Assembly (NCBI GenBank): GCA_965207165.1
Contig: OZ242265.1
Location: 3,627,373-3,691,372 of the forward strand
Direction of reading: 5' to 3'
Length of the DNA stretch: 64,000 nucleotides
Source: Gammaproteobacteria bacterium
GTDB taxonomy: Bacteria > Pseudomonadota > Gammaproteobacteria > Eutrophobiales > Eutrophobiaceae
Part shown: positions 50,825-60,389 of the stretch, piece by piece
Layout of the letters: each line of letters opens with the position of its first letter
Position numbering within the stretch: position 1 is the stretch's first letter
Made by a program: the position numbers and the translations under genes
Notes under the pieces: generated by a model
The model's input: the letters and a program-made list of their open reading frames with translations, nothing else
Databases searched by the model: none
What the model was told of the DNA's origin: nothing

Positions 50825-51202
50825 TCAGTTTTCGCCGTTCAAACTCAGCAAATAAGCGATCAATTGCCAGCGCTGCTCTTCGCTGAGACTGTTCTCGTAG
50901 GGAGGCATGCGTTTGCTGCCGCGGGTCTGACCTTTGCTGATGATATTAAACCAGCTCTCCGCATCAAAGGTTCGCCCGGCCAAAGGCCAGCCCTGGCCGC
51001 CGGTGCCTTTGTGTCCATGGCACAGGGCACAGGTCGTGCCAAAGATCCTTTCACCCTCTTCCACCGCGGTTGCCGTGCCCAGGACGGTATTTTCCATTGA
51101 ACCTTGATTCTCGGGGGCCGATGCGGGCATTGTTGCCAACGACAGGCTCAAGCTTACGAGAACATAACAGCCCGCAGTTCTCACCAGTTCCTCCGACATC
51201 AT
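50825..51202 (-). CDS. Class I c-type cytochrome (c550/cL-like), a likely electron acceptor of the PQQ dehydrogenase.
   Basis: A signal peptide plus a CALCHGHKG heme-binding motif. Confidence 0.75.
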   Translation of the reverse strand: MMSEELVRTAGCYVLVSLSLSLATMPASAPENQGSMENTVLGTATAVEEGERIFGTTCALCHGHKGTGGQGWPLAGRTFDAESWFNIISKGQTRGSKRMPPYENSLSEEQRWQLIAYLLSLNGEN

Positions 51203-51226
51203 CGTATCAAGCGGTGAATATGCGGG

Positions 51227-52966
51227 CTAAAGATTCTCATCGAGTGTGAAAGCGATCAGCAATGCGCCACCCGGTATATTACGGATGGCAGGGAATATCG
51301 TAGCGAACTGGTTGGGGACAAAGCCGCCAAAGCCACTGGTGGTAAGAATGTACTGCTTGCCGTTGACTGCATAACTGACCGTGCCGCCACGGGAGCCGGC
51401 AGAGGCGCGAAAATTCCACAGCAGTTTACCGGTTTCGGCGTGATAAGCGTTGAAAATGCCGTCCAGTTCGCTGTTAAAAACAAGATTTCCCGCGGTTGTG
51501 AGTACGGAGCCCAGCCCGGGGAGCGGGTATTCGACGCGCCAGGCAAGTTCACCAGTAAGAGGGTCAAGCGCATCCAGCCGGCCCCGGGCTTTTTGATCCG
51601 GCGGTGCAACCATTTCCAGGATACTGCTGCCCAGATAGGGTTGCGCCAGGCCCAGGGATTCGGGATCCATATAGGCGGGCATGGTGCGCAGGCAGGCTTC
51701 GACAGCGTTGGTGTACCACAAGCCCGTGTGCGGGTTGTAGGCGCCGTGGTTAAAGCTGCGGGCGCCCAGGAAAGACGGACACTGTATATTTTCCTTACCC
51801 GTGTGGGTGTCCACCCGGTTGATGAACTTTCCTGACTTCACATCTACACCGTCAGCAAAATTTATGTTCTCGGCAAACTCCCAGGTCCTGAGCAGCCGGC
51901 CGCTGCTTTTCTCGTAGATGTAAGTGAAGCCGTTTTTATTCAGGTGGACGATGTATTCGATGCCATTTTCTTTCACGATCAGCGCCTCGTAAGCTGCGTC
52001 AAAATCCCAGACATCGTGCGGGACTTCCTGGTGGTGCCATTTGAGCCTGCCGGTTTGCGGCTCAAGGGCGAGCAGGGTCGCGGCGTATTTATTATCACCC
52101 TGGCGGTTCTCACCATAAAAATCTGCAGCCGCATTGCCCGTACCGATGTAAAACGTGTCACTGGCTGCATCATAGGTCCCGGGCAACCAGGCGCCGCCAC
52201 CACCGTATTTCCCGCTATCCCCGGGCCAACTGGTTTCATCGTCCTTGATGATGTCAAACGCCCACAGGGACTCGCCTGTCATTGCATTGACTGCGTAGAT
52301 CTTTGTCGAGGTTGCACTGTCGCCGCCGGTAGAACCGCCGATCAGAACGTTGCCGGCGAGTTGGGGAGAAGAAGTGAAAGCACAATCGCATTCCCGCGGG
52401 TTTGTCAGTTGCAATGACCAGTTTTCCATCCCGGTCTGTTGATCGACGGCAATATAGCGTCCGTCCACCGTTCCCAGGTAGACCATATCGTGACCGACCG
52501 TCACGCCGCGATTTATCCCCGTCTGCAGGATTTCGTACGCCACACCATTGATGTCCGGCTTATATTCCCAGAGCGTCCTGCCGCTGGCGGCATCCAGTGC
52601 GAAGACATTGTTAAACGGGCCGGCGTAGTACACGACGCCATCCACAACGACAGGCGTGGTCTGCAAACCGTTGGTGATGTCTCCAGGCTGGTGGATCCAG
52701 GCAACGCGCAGCCGCTTCACGTTATCCGTGTTGACTTGGTCCAGCGGACTGTAGCGCCAGGCATTCGAAGTGCGGTGATACTGCGGCCAGTTATCCGGGT
52801 CCGTGCTGCCTGGCCCTGCCTGCGCAGCAAGCGGTGACGCCTGTGCCAGGCAATACATGCACAGGGTTGTGGCAAGAATACGGTAAAGAGTGCGTCCCGG
52901 TCTCATGATTACCCGCATATCCATATTCATCCGGAATTTGCCCTGTGTTGACCGGTTACGGTTCAA
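51227..52966 (-). CDS. PQQ-dependent dehydrogenase, methanol/ethanol family (quinoprotein).
   Basis: Signal peptide, eight-bladed propeller W-motifs, about 580 aa. Confidence 0.8.
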   Translation of the reverse strand: MNRNRSTQGKFRMNMDMRVIMRPGRTLYRILATTLCMYCLAQASPLAAQAGPGSTDPDNWPQYHRTSNAWRYSPLDQVNTDNVKRLRVAWIHQPGDITNGLQTTPVVVDGVVYYAGPFNNVFALDAASGRTLWEYKPDINGVAYEILQTGINRGVTVGHDMVYLGTVDGRYIAVDQQTGMENWSLQLTNPRECDCAFTSSPQLAGNVLIGGSTGGDSATSTKIYAVNAMTGESLWAFDIIKDDETSWPGDSGKYGGGGAWLPGTYDAASDTFYIGTGNAAADFYGENRQGDNKYAATLLALEPQTGRLKWHHQEVPHDVWDFDAAYEALIVKENGIEYIVHLNKNGFTYIYEKSSGRLLRTWEFAENINFADGVDVKSGKFINRVDTHTGKENIQCPSFLGARSFNHGAYNPHTGLWYTNAVEACLRTMPAYMDPESLGLAQPYLGSSILEMVAPPDQKARGRLDALDPLTGELAWRVEYPLPGLGSVLTTAGNLVFNSELDGIFNAYHAETGKLLWNFRASAGSRGGTVSYAVNGKQYILTTSGFGGFVPNQFATIFPAIRNIPGGALLIAFTLDENL

Positions 52967-54008
52967 CGTAGGTTTTCAGCACATTCCATGCATGCCAGCC
53001 CTCCAGCAGGGCATCCGGATATCCACCGCTGGTTTCCCGCAGTTGTGCAGGAGGGAGATATTCCTTCGGCAACGGAAAGGCTTCGACAATATCCTCGTAG
53101 GCAACGCCGCTCTGTTTCAATCGGTCCGTTTCCGAGATCAACTCGGCCAGGTAGGTCTGGAATTTGAGCATGTGGGTCCTGATCCTGTCTTTCCCTACCA
53201 GCACCCCACCGTGACCCGGGATGATCACTTCAATGTCGAGCGTCTCGATGAGCCTGGCCATGGTCTGTAGGTACTCCTGCGCGTGCCCTTCAATCACCCA
53301 GGGAATACCCGACGGGCCAAGTATAAGGTTCCCGGTCCAGGCAATTTTCTCTTCCGGCAGGTAAACGATGCTGTCACCGGGCCCGCAGCCCAAGCCGAAG
53401 TAGTGGAACTGGACAAAGCGCCCGCCCAGGTCCAGTTCCATGAACTCGTCGAATACCTGGTCCGGCAGTCGCTTGGGCGCAGCGGCATAAACGGCGGGAT
53501 CATCGACCAGGGCCAGCAGAAACTGTTTCTCGAACTCAAAACGCGAATCTATCAAATCCCTGGTGATCCTGTGGGCAATTATGTGGGTTTCCTCCGGAAA
53601 GTAGCCGTTGCCGAAGGTGTGATCACCATGGTAGTTCGTATTGAAAAGATAGTCGGGCGTGTCGCGACCAGTCAGCGATTTCACGTTTGCGAGTATTTTC
53701 CCTGCCATGTCTCCGTTGATATGGGCATCGATCACCAGAATACTGTCGTCGCCGATTATGACGCCCGAATTATCGACCGGTTTTTTTGTCGAGATCAATC
53801 CAAATACACCGGGCGCGTATTCCTCCGGCACTAATTCGACCCCCGCGGGCCTGATTTTCACGCCGTGTATTTGAGGTAAACCTGGCGGGATGATAATCAG
53901 GTCTCGCTCGCTCGGATGTACCGCCAGGATGTCTGCATCCTGCCCGGCCCGCGCTACCGGGTTCAGAACCAGCGCGATAAAACACACGAGAGTTATAACC
54001 AGTTTCAT
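52956..54008 (-). CDS. MBL-fold metallo-hydrolase with a signal peptide (quinoprotein-relay-type zinc metallohydrolase-like).
   Basis: LVIDAHINGD...YHGDHTFGN (HxHxDH-like) motifs. The ATG at 54008 is followed by a signal peptide. Confidence 0.65.
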   Translation of the reverse strand: MKLVITLVCFIALVLNPVARAGQDADILAVHPSERDLIIIPPGLPQIHGVKIRPAGVELVPEEYAPGVFGLISTKKPVDNSGVIIGDDSILVIDAHINGDMAGKILANVKSLTGRDTPDYLFNTNYHGDHTFGNGYFPEETHIIAHRITRDLIDSRFEFEKQFLLALVDDPAVYAAAPKRLPDQVFDEFMELDLGGRFVQFHYFGLGCGPGDSIVYLPEEKIAWTGNLILGPSGIPWVIEGHAQEYLQTMARLIETLDIEVIIPGHGGVLVGKDRIRTHMLKFQTYLAELISETDRLKQSGVAYEDIVEAFPLPKEYLPPAQLRETSGGYPDALLEGWHAWNVLKTYVEP

Positions 54009-54118
54009 AAAGCTACCCCTGTAACGGTCAGTAAAACCAGAAAAATACCACCCGGTATGATAACCGGCAAACGAATATTTCCGCTTGCAATTTTTTCCAC
54101 AGCCACTATATTGAACGT

Positions 54119-54202
54119 ATGTATATAAATCGTTTGCCATTTCCTGTTTCAGCCAGCCTGTCGGCAGTCGCATCCCTGCGCCTGCTCCTCCTGCCCTGCT
54201 AG
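54119..54202 (+). CDS. leuA leader peptide (27 aa, MYINRLPFPVSASLSAVASLRLLLLPC) for Leu-dependent attenuation.
   Basis: Six Leu codons in the last 11 positions, four of them consecutive. A GC hairpin and T-rich stretch follow, 75 nt upstream of leuA. Confidence 0.5.
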   Translation: MYINRLPFPVSASLSAVASLRLLLLPC

Positions 54203-54277
54203 GGCAGATACTTACATATACATCACAACTTTTCTCATTTTTGCAGGCGAATTTTATCCTGATTCAGGAGCAGTAGC

Positions 54278-55810
54278 ATGACAGACAAATTGATCATCTT
54301 CGATACCACGATGCGTGACGGCGAGCAGAGTCCCGGCGCTTCCATGACCCGGGGCGAGAAAATGCGCATTGCCAGGGCCTTGGAGAAATTGCGGGTGGAC
54401 GTGATTGAAGCGGGCTTCCCGATCGCCAGCGGCGGGGATTTCGAGGCCGTCAGGTCGGTGGCGGAAATTATCAGTGACAGTACGGTATGCGGACTTGCGC
54501 GTACCGGCTATGCGGACATCGACGCGGCGGCGGAAGCGCTGAAGCCGGCGCGCTCCGCCCGTATCCATACGTTTATCGCCACCTCGCCCATCCACATGGA
54601 ACGCAAGTTGCAAATGACGCCGGACGAGGTGGTCGAGTCTGCGGTAAAAGCGGTCAAGAGGGCAAAAAAATATACCGATGACGTAGAATTTTCTCCGGAG
54701 GACGCCGGACGATCGGAGCTTGATTTCCTGTGCCGGATCATCGAGGCAGTTATCGCTGCCGGCGCCACGACTGTCAACATCCCCGATACGGTGGGCTACA
54801 GCATCCCCACCCAGTTCGGGGAAACCATCGGCAGTATCATCGAGCGGGTACCCAATTCCGACAAGGCGGTGTTTTCGGTACATTGCCACAACGACCTGGG
54901 TCTTGCCGTGGCCAATTCCCTGGCCGCGGTCATGCACGGCGCCAGGCAGGTGGAGTGCACCATCAACGGGCTGGGAGAGCGCGCCGGGAATGCCTCCCTG
55001 GAAGAGATAGTCATGGCGGTGAAGACGCGCAAGGATTATTTCCCGTGCAGCACCGGGCTGGATACCACCGAGATCGTGAACTGCTCGAAGCTGGTGTCGA
55101 ATGTGACGGGTTTCCCGGTACAGCCGAACAAGGCCGTGGTCGGCGCCAACGCATTTGCCCACGAGGCCGGCATACACCAGGACGGCGTGATCAAGAGCCG
55201 GGAAACCTACGAGATCATGCGCGCCCAGGACGTCGGCTGGTCCACCAACCGCTTGGTGCTGGGCAAGCATTCGGGCCGTAATGCCTTCCGTAAGCGGTTA
55301 AAGGAAATCGGTTTTGAGTTCTCAAGCGAGGAAGAACTGAACAGCGCGTTCGTCAAGTTCAAGGAACTGGCGGACAAGAAGCATGAGATTTATGATGAGG
55401 ATCTGCAGGCAATCGTCACGGATAACATGCAGGGCGATGAGGAAATGATCAAGCTGCTGTCGCTGAAGGTGGTAACGGAAACAGGCGAGACACCCATGGC
55501 CGAACTGACCTTGTCCATAGACGGAGAGGAATCCCCGGGCAGGTCCGCAGGAGACGGGCCCGTCGACGCGGTATTCAAGGCCATAGAGACAGTGGTATCC
55601 AGCGGTTGTGAGTTGCAGTTGTTCTCCGTCAACAATATCACCGACGGGACCGATTCGCAGGGAGAAGTGACGGTGCGCGTGAACAAGGACGGCCATGTCA
55701 TAAACGGCCGGGGGTCGGATACGGATATCGTCGCGGCTTCGGCAAAGGCGTATATCAACGCGATAAACCGGGCCTATTCCATCAGCAGCAAAATTCATCC
55801 CCAGGTATGA
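54278..55810 (+). CDS. leuA: 2-isopropylmalate synthase.
   Basis: The [15 protein letters not shown]-terminus and the [14 protein letters not shown] block. Confidence 0.9.
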   Translation: MTDKLIIFDTTMRDGEQSPGASMTRGEKMRIARALEKLRVDVIEAGFPIASGGDFEAVRSVAEIISDSTVCGLARTGYADIDAAAEALKPARSARIHTFIATSPIHMERKLQMTPDEVVESAVKAVKRAKKYTDDVEFSPEDAGRSELDFLCRIIEAVIAAGATTVNIPDTVGYSIPTQFGETIGSIIERVPNSDKAVFSVHCHNDLGLAVANSLAAVMHGARQVECTINGLGERAGNASLEEIVMAVKTRKDYFPCSTGLDTTEIVNCSKLVSNVTGFPVQPNKAVVGANAFAHEAGIHQDGVIKSRETYEIMRAQDVGWSTNRLVLGKHSGRNAFRKRLKEIGFEFSSEEELNSAFVKFKELADKKHEIYDEDLQAIVTDNMQGDEEMIKLLSLKVVTETGETPMAELTLSIDGEESPGRSAGDGPVDAVFKAIETVVSSGCELQLFSVNNITDGTDSQGEVTVRVNKDGHVINGRGSDTDIVAASAKAYINAINRAYSISSKIHPQV

Positions 55811-55901
55811 GGCTGTCACCCCGGCAACACCATTACCTGCAGGCCCTGGGTGTCGACGTATACAAGGTCCGCAACACGGAACACACCGGACCGGGCCGAC
55901 A

Positions 55902-55924
55902 GGGGACAGATTTGAAATCTGTCC
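55902..55924. repeat. REP-like palindrome, family A copy 2 (GGGGACAGATTTGAAATCTGTCC), inverted relative to copy 1.
   Basis: Matches 19662-19686 as its reverse complement with one mismatch. Confidence 0.75.
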
Positions 55925-56010
55925 TCGCCAGTACACCGGCTGCCGGTGTGATTGAGCAGGACAATGCCTTCAGCGCAGGTGGGATAGCCCCGCAAACGGG
56001 AGGCGGCGCA

Positions 56011-56571
56011 GTGGCCGGCTGGGAAGAATTACAGCGCAAAGTGGCCGAATGCCGGCTGTGCGGGTTGCACGAGGGCAGGACACAGACGGTTTTCGGGGTG
56101 GGCGATGTGAATGCAGACTGGATGCTGATCGGCGAGGCGCCCGGGGCAGAAGAGGACCGGCGCGGAGAGCCCTTTGTCGGCCGGGCCGGCAAGCTGCTGG
56201 ATGCCATGCTGCAGGCGGTCGGATTCGCCCGGGAGCAGGTGTTCATCGCCAACATCCTGAAATGCCGGCCACCCAATAACCGGGACCCCAGGCCCGAAGA
56301 GGTCGTGGCCTGTTCGAACTACCTGGAACAGCAGATAAACACAGTTAAACCGAAGATTATCCTGGCCCTTGGCCGGGTTGCCGCGCAGAACCTGCTCAAG
56401 ACCGAAACCCCAATCGGGAAAATGCGCGGCAAGCGCTACCACTACGGTGATCCCCCCGTTCCGGTCGTGGTAACATATCATCCTGCATACCTGTTACGTT
56501 CGCCGCGGGAGAAAAAGAAATCCTGGCAGGATTTGCAGATGGCGATGACGATATATAAAGAGCAATCATGA
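56011..56571 (+). CDS. Uracil-DNA glycosylase, family 4.
   Basis: The CRLCGL...[24 protein letters not shown] motif. A GTG at 56011 with a GGGAGG RBS is preferred over the ORF-track start at 55807, whose extension spans the REP element. Confidence 0.7.
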   Translation: MAGWEELQRKVAECRLCGLHEGRTQTVFGVGDVNADWMLIGEAPGAEEDRRGEPFVGRAGKLLDAMLQAVGFAREQVFIANILKCRPPNNRDPRPEEVVACSNYLEQQINTVKPKIILALGRVAAQNLLKTETPIGKMRGKRYHYGDPPVPVVVTYHPAYLLRSPREKKKSWQDLQMAMTIYKEQS

Positions 56572-57038
56572 ATGCCGTGCTGAAAGAATCCCGGTCGACG
56601 AGCCTGCGCCCGATGCTGGAAAGCGATATAGCCGACATATTGCAGATCGAATGTGCGGCGTATGCGTTCCCATGGAACAGGAACATCTTCAGGGGTTGTT
56701 TGCGGGAAGATTATTGCTGCCGGGTGGTGGAAATGGATGGAGAGATAGCCGGTTATGCGATCATGTCCATGGGCAAGGACGAGGCGCACCTGCTGAATCT
56801 ATGCGTGGATCCCGACCGTCACGGGATGGGTCTGGGCGATCAATTGTTGAAGTTTGTGTTCGATTTCGCGCGCAAACACAAAGCCGTGACCACGTTTCTG
56901 GAGGTGCGGCCGTCCAATAAGGCCGCGCGCAGGTTCTACGAGGGGCGCGGTTTCGTGGAAGTAGGAATGCGAACAAATTATTATCCCGCCCGGTTCGGGC
57001 GGGAGGATGCCATCATAATGGCCCGGGAAACGGTGTGA
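56568..57038 (+). CDS. rimI: Ribosomal-protein-alanine N-acetyltransferase (GNAT).
   Basis: GNAT A/B motifs, and the characteristic pairing with the upstream UDG4 gene. Confidence 0.75.
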   Translation: MNAVLKESRSTSLRPMLESDIADILQIECAAYAFPWNRNIFRGCLREDYCCRVVEMDGEIAGYAIMSMGKDEAHLLNLCVDPDRHGMGLGDQLLKFVFDFARKHKAVTTFLEVRPSNKAARRFYEGRGFVEVGMRTNYYPARFGREDAIIMARETV

Positions 57039-57042
57039 GACC

Positions 57043-57960
57043 GTGTCTGCCATAACATCAGACAGGGCCGGCGATCACCCCACTATCGACTCCAGTGTCG
57101 GCAATACTCCCCTGGTGAGACTCCAGCGCCTGCCCGGCGATACCGGCAATACCGTCCTGGCAAAAATGGAAGGGAACAACCCCGCAGGCTCGGTCAAGGA
57201 CCGGCCCGCGTTGAGTATGATCCAGCGGGCAGAAGCGCGCGGCGATATCAAGCCCGGCGACGTGTTAATCGAGGCAACCAGCGGCAACACGGGAATCGCA
57301 TTAGCCATGGTTGCTGCCATCCGCGGCTACAGGATGATCCTGATCATGCCTGACAACCTGAGCGGTGAACGCCGCCGTACCATGCGCGCGTTCGGCGCGG
57401 AACTCATACTGGTAACCAGGGAAGAGGGCATGGAGGGCGCCCGCGACCTGGCTGAGAAAATGGAAAGTGAGGGGAAGGGGAGGATACTCGACCAGTTCGC
57501 CAACCCGGATAACCCCCTGGCGCACTACGAAGGCACCGGCCCGGAGATCTGGCGCGACACGCAAGGCGGCGTGACCCATTTTGTCAGCGCCATGGGTACC
57601 ACCGGAACGATTATGGGTGTATCGAGATACTTAAAGGAAAAAAATGACCAGGTGCAAATCGTCGGTGTACAACCTGCCGGCGATGAGAATATTCCCGGGA
57701 TCCGGCGTTGGCCGAAAGAATACCTGCCCAGGATCTTTCAGCGGGAACGGGTCGACCGGATAATCGACGTGACGCCGGAAGAGGCGGAGGATATGACCCG
57801 GCAACTGGCGGATGAGGAGGGGATTTTCGCGGGTATTTCCTCGGGCGGCGCCGTTTCCGCCGCATTACGATTATCGGCCGAAATAGAAAATGCCGTCATC
57901 GTAGTGATCATCTGCGATCGCGGAGACCGTTACCTGTCCTCGGACGTCTTCCGGGATTGA
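57043..57960 (+). CDS. cysM: Cysteine synthase B.
   Basis: KMEGNNPAGSVKDR PLP-lysine motif and the TSGNTGIALA block. Confidence 0.85.
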   Translation: MSAITSDRAGDHPTIDSSVGNTPLVRLQRLPGDTGNTVLAKMEGNNPAGSVKDRPALSMIQRAEARGDIKPGDVLIEATSGNTGIALAMVAAIRGYRMILIMPDNLSGERRRTMRAFGAELILVTREEGMEGARDLAEKMESEGKGRILDQFANPDNPLAHYEGTGPEIWRDTQGGVTHFVSAMGTTGTIMGVSRYLKEKNDQVQIVGVQPAGDENIPGIRRWPKEYLPRIFQRERVDRIIDVTPEEAEDMTRQLADEEGIFAGISSGGAVSAALRLSAEIENAVIVVIICDRGDRYLSSDVFRD

Positions 57961-58021
57961 TGCTTCACCGTCGTACCGGCGAAAGCCGGTATCCAGTAAA
58001 TAAACTGTCTTCAACAACACG

Positions 58022-58804
58022 ATGAACATCCTCGTATTTGACATCGAAACCATCCCGGACCTTGCGAGCGGCCGGCGTCTATACAACCTGGATGGCCTGC
58101 CCGACAGGGACACCGCGGAAGTCATGTTCAAAAACCGCCGCCAGGAGACGGATAGCAATTCTGATTTTCTGCGCCTGCACCTGCACCGGGTCGTGGCAAT
58201 CTCGGTGGTGCTGGCGACCCGGGACAGCGTCAGTGTGTGGTCTCTGGGAGCGCCCGAATCGGGCGAGGCGGAACTGGTCCAGCGGTTTTTTGACGGCATA
58301 GAAAAATATACGCCGACCCTGGTTTCCTGGAACGGGCGCGGCTTCGATCTCCCGGTGCTGCATTACCGGGCACTGCTGCACGGTATCCAGGCGCCGAGGT
58401 ACTGGGATACCGGCGACGATGACTCGAATTTTCGCTGGAACAATTACATCAACCGTTTTCACCAACGCCATACGGACCTGATGGATGTACTGGCGGGTTA
58501 TGAATTCCGCGGCGCCGCGCCGCTGGATGAAATCGCCTCGATGCTGGGTTTCCCCGGTAAAATGGGGATGGGTGGAGACAAGGTATGGGATTGCTACCTT
58601 GCGGGTGAAATCGAGGCGATACGCAATTATTGTGAGACCGATGTCCTGAATACCTACCTGGTCTACCTGCGCTACCTGCTTATCAGCGGGCGCCGCACCG
58701 GGCAGGCCTACCAGGCGGATTGTGAGCGCCTGAAACAACTGCTCAAGGATGAAAACAAGCCGCACCTGACCGAGTTTCTTGAGGCCTGGGAGGGGGGGGA
58801 TTAG
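58022..58804 (+). CDS. Predicted 3'-5' exonuclease (RNase H-like, PolB-exonuclease-related, COG3298-type).
   Basis: ILVFDIETIPD Exo I motif and family-wide similarity. Confidence 0.7.
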   Translation: MNILVFDIETIPDLASGRRLYNLDGLPDRDTAEVMFKNRRQETDSNSDFLRLHLHRVVAISVVLATRDSVSVWSLGAPESGEAELVQRFFDGIEKYTPTLVSWNGRGFDLPVLHYRALLHGIQAPRYWDTGDDDSNFRWNNYINRFHQRHTDLMDVLAGYEFRGAAPLDEIASMLGFPGKMGMGGDKVWDCYLAGEIEAIRNYCETDVLNTYLVYLRYLLISGRRTGQAYQADCERLKQLLKDENKPHLTEFLEAWEGGD

Positions 58805-58860
58805 GAATTACGAATTGGGAATTACGAATTGGGAATTGGGAATGGGGAGAGGGGAATTTT
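58804..58860. repeat. Short tandem repeat (ggaattacgaattg x2, then degenerate ggaattggg/gggaa units).
   Basis: Read directly from the sequence, between the convergent exonuclease and galE genes. Confidence 0.7.
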
Positions 58861-59844
58861 TCAATACCGGCGCTTCTTTTCCCAGTTGTAGCTGGTTCTG
58901 ACGATGAACTCCAGGTCGTCGTAACGGGGTTGCCAGCCCAGCGTTTCCCTGGCCGAACTGCCGTCCGCGACCAGTTGCGGCGGGTCGCCCGGCCTGCGCC
59001 CTGTTGCCGTTACAGGTATGGGACCGCCGTGCACGCGTTCAACTGCCTGTACGACCTCGCGTACACTGTAACCATGTCCATAGCCGCAGTTAAGGGTAAC
59101 GGAAGCGCCACCTGCTTCCAGGTGCTTCAGGGTCAGGACATGCGCGGCAGCCAGGTCGCTTACATGGATATAGTCCCTGACACCGGTACCGTCCGGCGTC
59201 GGGTAATCGGTGCCGTAAATGTTCAAACGGCTGCGTTTTTCCAGCGCGACTTCACAGGCAACCTTGATCAACAGGGTGCAACCAGGCGTCGACTGCCCGA
59301 TGCGCCCATCCGGGTCGGCGCCCGCCACGTTGAAATAACGTAGTGCTGCATAGCTCAGCGGGGCCACCTCGGATAAATCCCTGAGCATGATCTCGGTCAT
59401 GAGTTTGGACATGCCGTAAGGGTTTACCGGTTCAGTCGGGGTTTCAAGGGTAACCCGCCCTGAATCCGGGATGCCGTAAACCGCAGCCGTGGAAGAGAAG
59501 ACAAAGTGCCTGATACCGGAATCCGCGCAGGCTTCCATCAGGTTGCGCGACTTGACGGTATTGTTCTCGTAATACATCAGTGGTTCCGCAACGGATTCCG
59601 GCACGATGGTGGAACCGGCGAAATGCAATACCGAGCTTATACGGTGCTTGTTCAGTAATGCACTGACGAGTCCCTTGTCGCCTGCATCACCCTGTACCAG
59701 TTCACAATTGCCGACCGCCTGAGCGAAGCCCCTGGACAAGTCGTCCAGGATGATAACCCCGTAACCTTCCTTGACCAGGTCCAGGGCAACATGGCTGCCG
59801 ATGTAACCGGCGCCACCCGTCAACAACACTGTTTGCTCACCCAT
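58861..59844 (-). CDS. galE: UDP-glucose 4-epimerase.
   Basis: The TVLLTGGAGYIGSH N-terminus and a YGXXK catalytic region. The second ATG (59844) was chosen as the start. Confidence 0.85.
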   Translation of the reverse strand: MGEQTVLLTGGAGYIGSHVALDLVKEGYGVIILDDLSRGFAQAVGNCELVQGDAGDKGLVSALLNKHRISSVLHFAGSTIVPESVAEPLMYYENNTVKSRNLMEACADSGIRHFVFSSTAAVYGIPDSGRVTLETPTEPVNPYGMSKLMTEIMLRDLSEVAPLSYAALRYFNVAGADPDGRIGQSTPGCTLLIKVACEVALEKRSRLNIYGTDYPTPDGTGVRDYIHVSDLAAAHVLTLKHLEAGGASVTLNCGYGHGYSVREVVQAVERVHGGPIPVTATGRRPGDPPQLVADGSSARETLGWQPRYDDLEFIVRTSYNWEKKRRY

Positions 59845-59858
59845 GCGATGTTGTTCCT

Positions 59859-60377
59859 TCATTCAAACAGGTTTACCTCGCAACCTTCAGAGACGAGTTC
59901 AAACAACTCGATCACATCGTGGTTGCGCATGCGGATACATCCCGCTGAGCCGGGTACTCCCATCTGCACGTCATCGGGCGCTCCATGTATGTAAATATAG
60001 CGGCGGTAAGTGTCTACCGTACCACTCTTGTTGACACCGGATTCTTCCCCTTGCAACCAGATGATGCGGGTCAGTATCCAGTCGCGTTCAGGGAATTGCA
60101 GGCGCAGGTCCGCATCGTAAATTTCGCCTGTGGGCCGTCTGCCGACGAACACCGTGTTGGGCGCGTGCCCTGCGCCGATCATCTCCGCTATGCTGTGCCT
60201 GCCCCGGGGAGTGCAACCGCTGTCAAGCATTTCACCACTGCCGTTCTTTCCGGTCGAAACGGGGTATGCGCGCATAACACCATCAGTCCCCTGCTGACCC
60301 TGTGCAGAAGCGGGGCCAAGCAATTGCAGGACCTGCCTGGTCAAATCGATATTGATCTTGTAGTCATCGGGTTCCAT
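59859..60377 (-). CDS. L,D-transpeptidase (YkuD) domain protein.
   Basis: YIYIHGAPDD...GSAGCIRM catalytic His/Cys block. Confidence 0.8.
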   Translation of the reverse strand: MEPDDYKINIDLTRQVLQLLGPASAQGQQGTDGVMRAYPVSTGKNGSGEMLDSGCTPRGRHSIAEMIGAGHAPNTVFVGRRPTGEIYDADLRLQFPERDWILTRIIWLQGEESGVNKSGTVDTYRRYIYIHGAPDDVQMGVPGSAGCIRMRNHDVIELFELVSEGCEVNLFE

Positions 60378-60389
60378 CGATTTTGTACC

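Noticed and set aside
55807-56010. An N-terminal 68-aa extension of the UDG4 ORF.
   Set aside because: It contains the REP-like palindrome and has no counterpart in family 4 UDGs. A GTG with a GGGAGG RBS at 56011 fits.
58804-58860. A possible CRISPR array.
   Set aside because: It has only two exact 14-nt units with no spacers of CRISPR size and no cas genes anywhere in the window. It is a simple tandem repeat.
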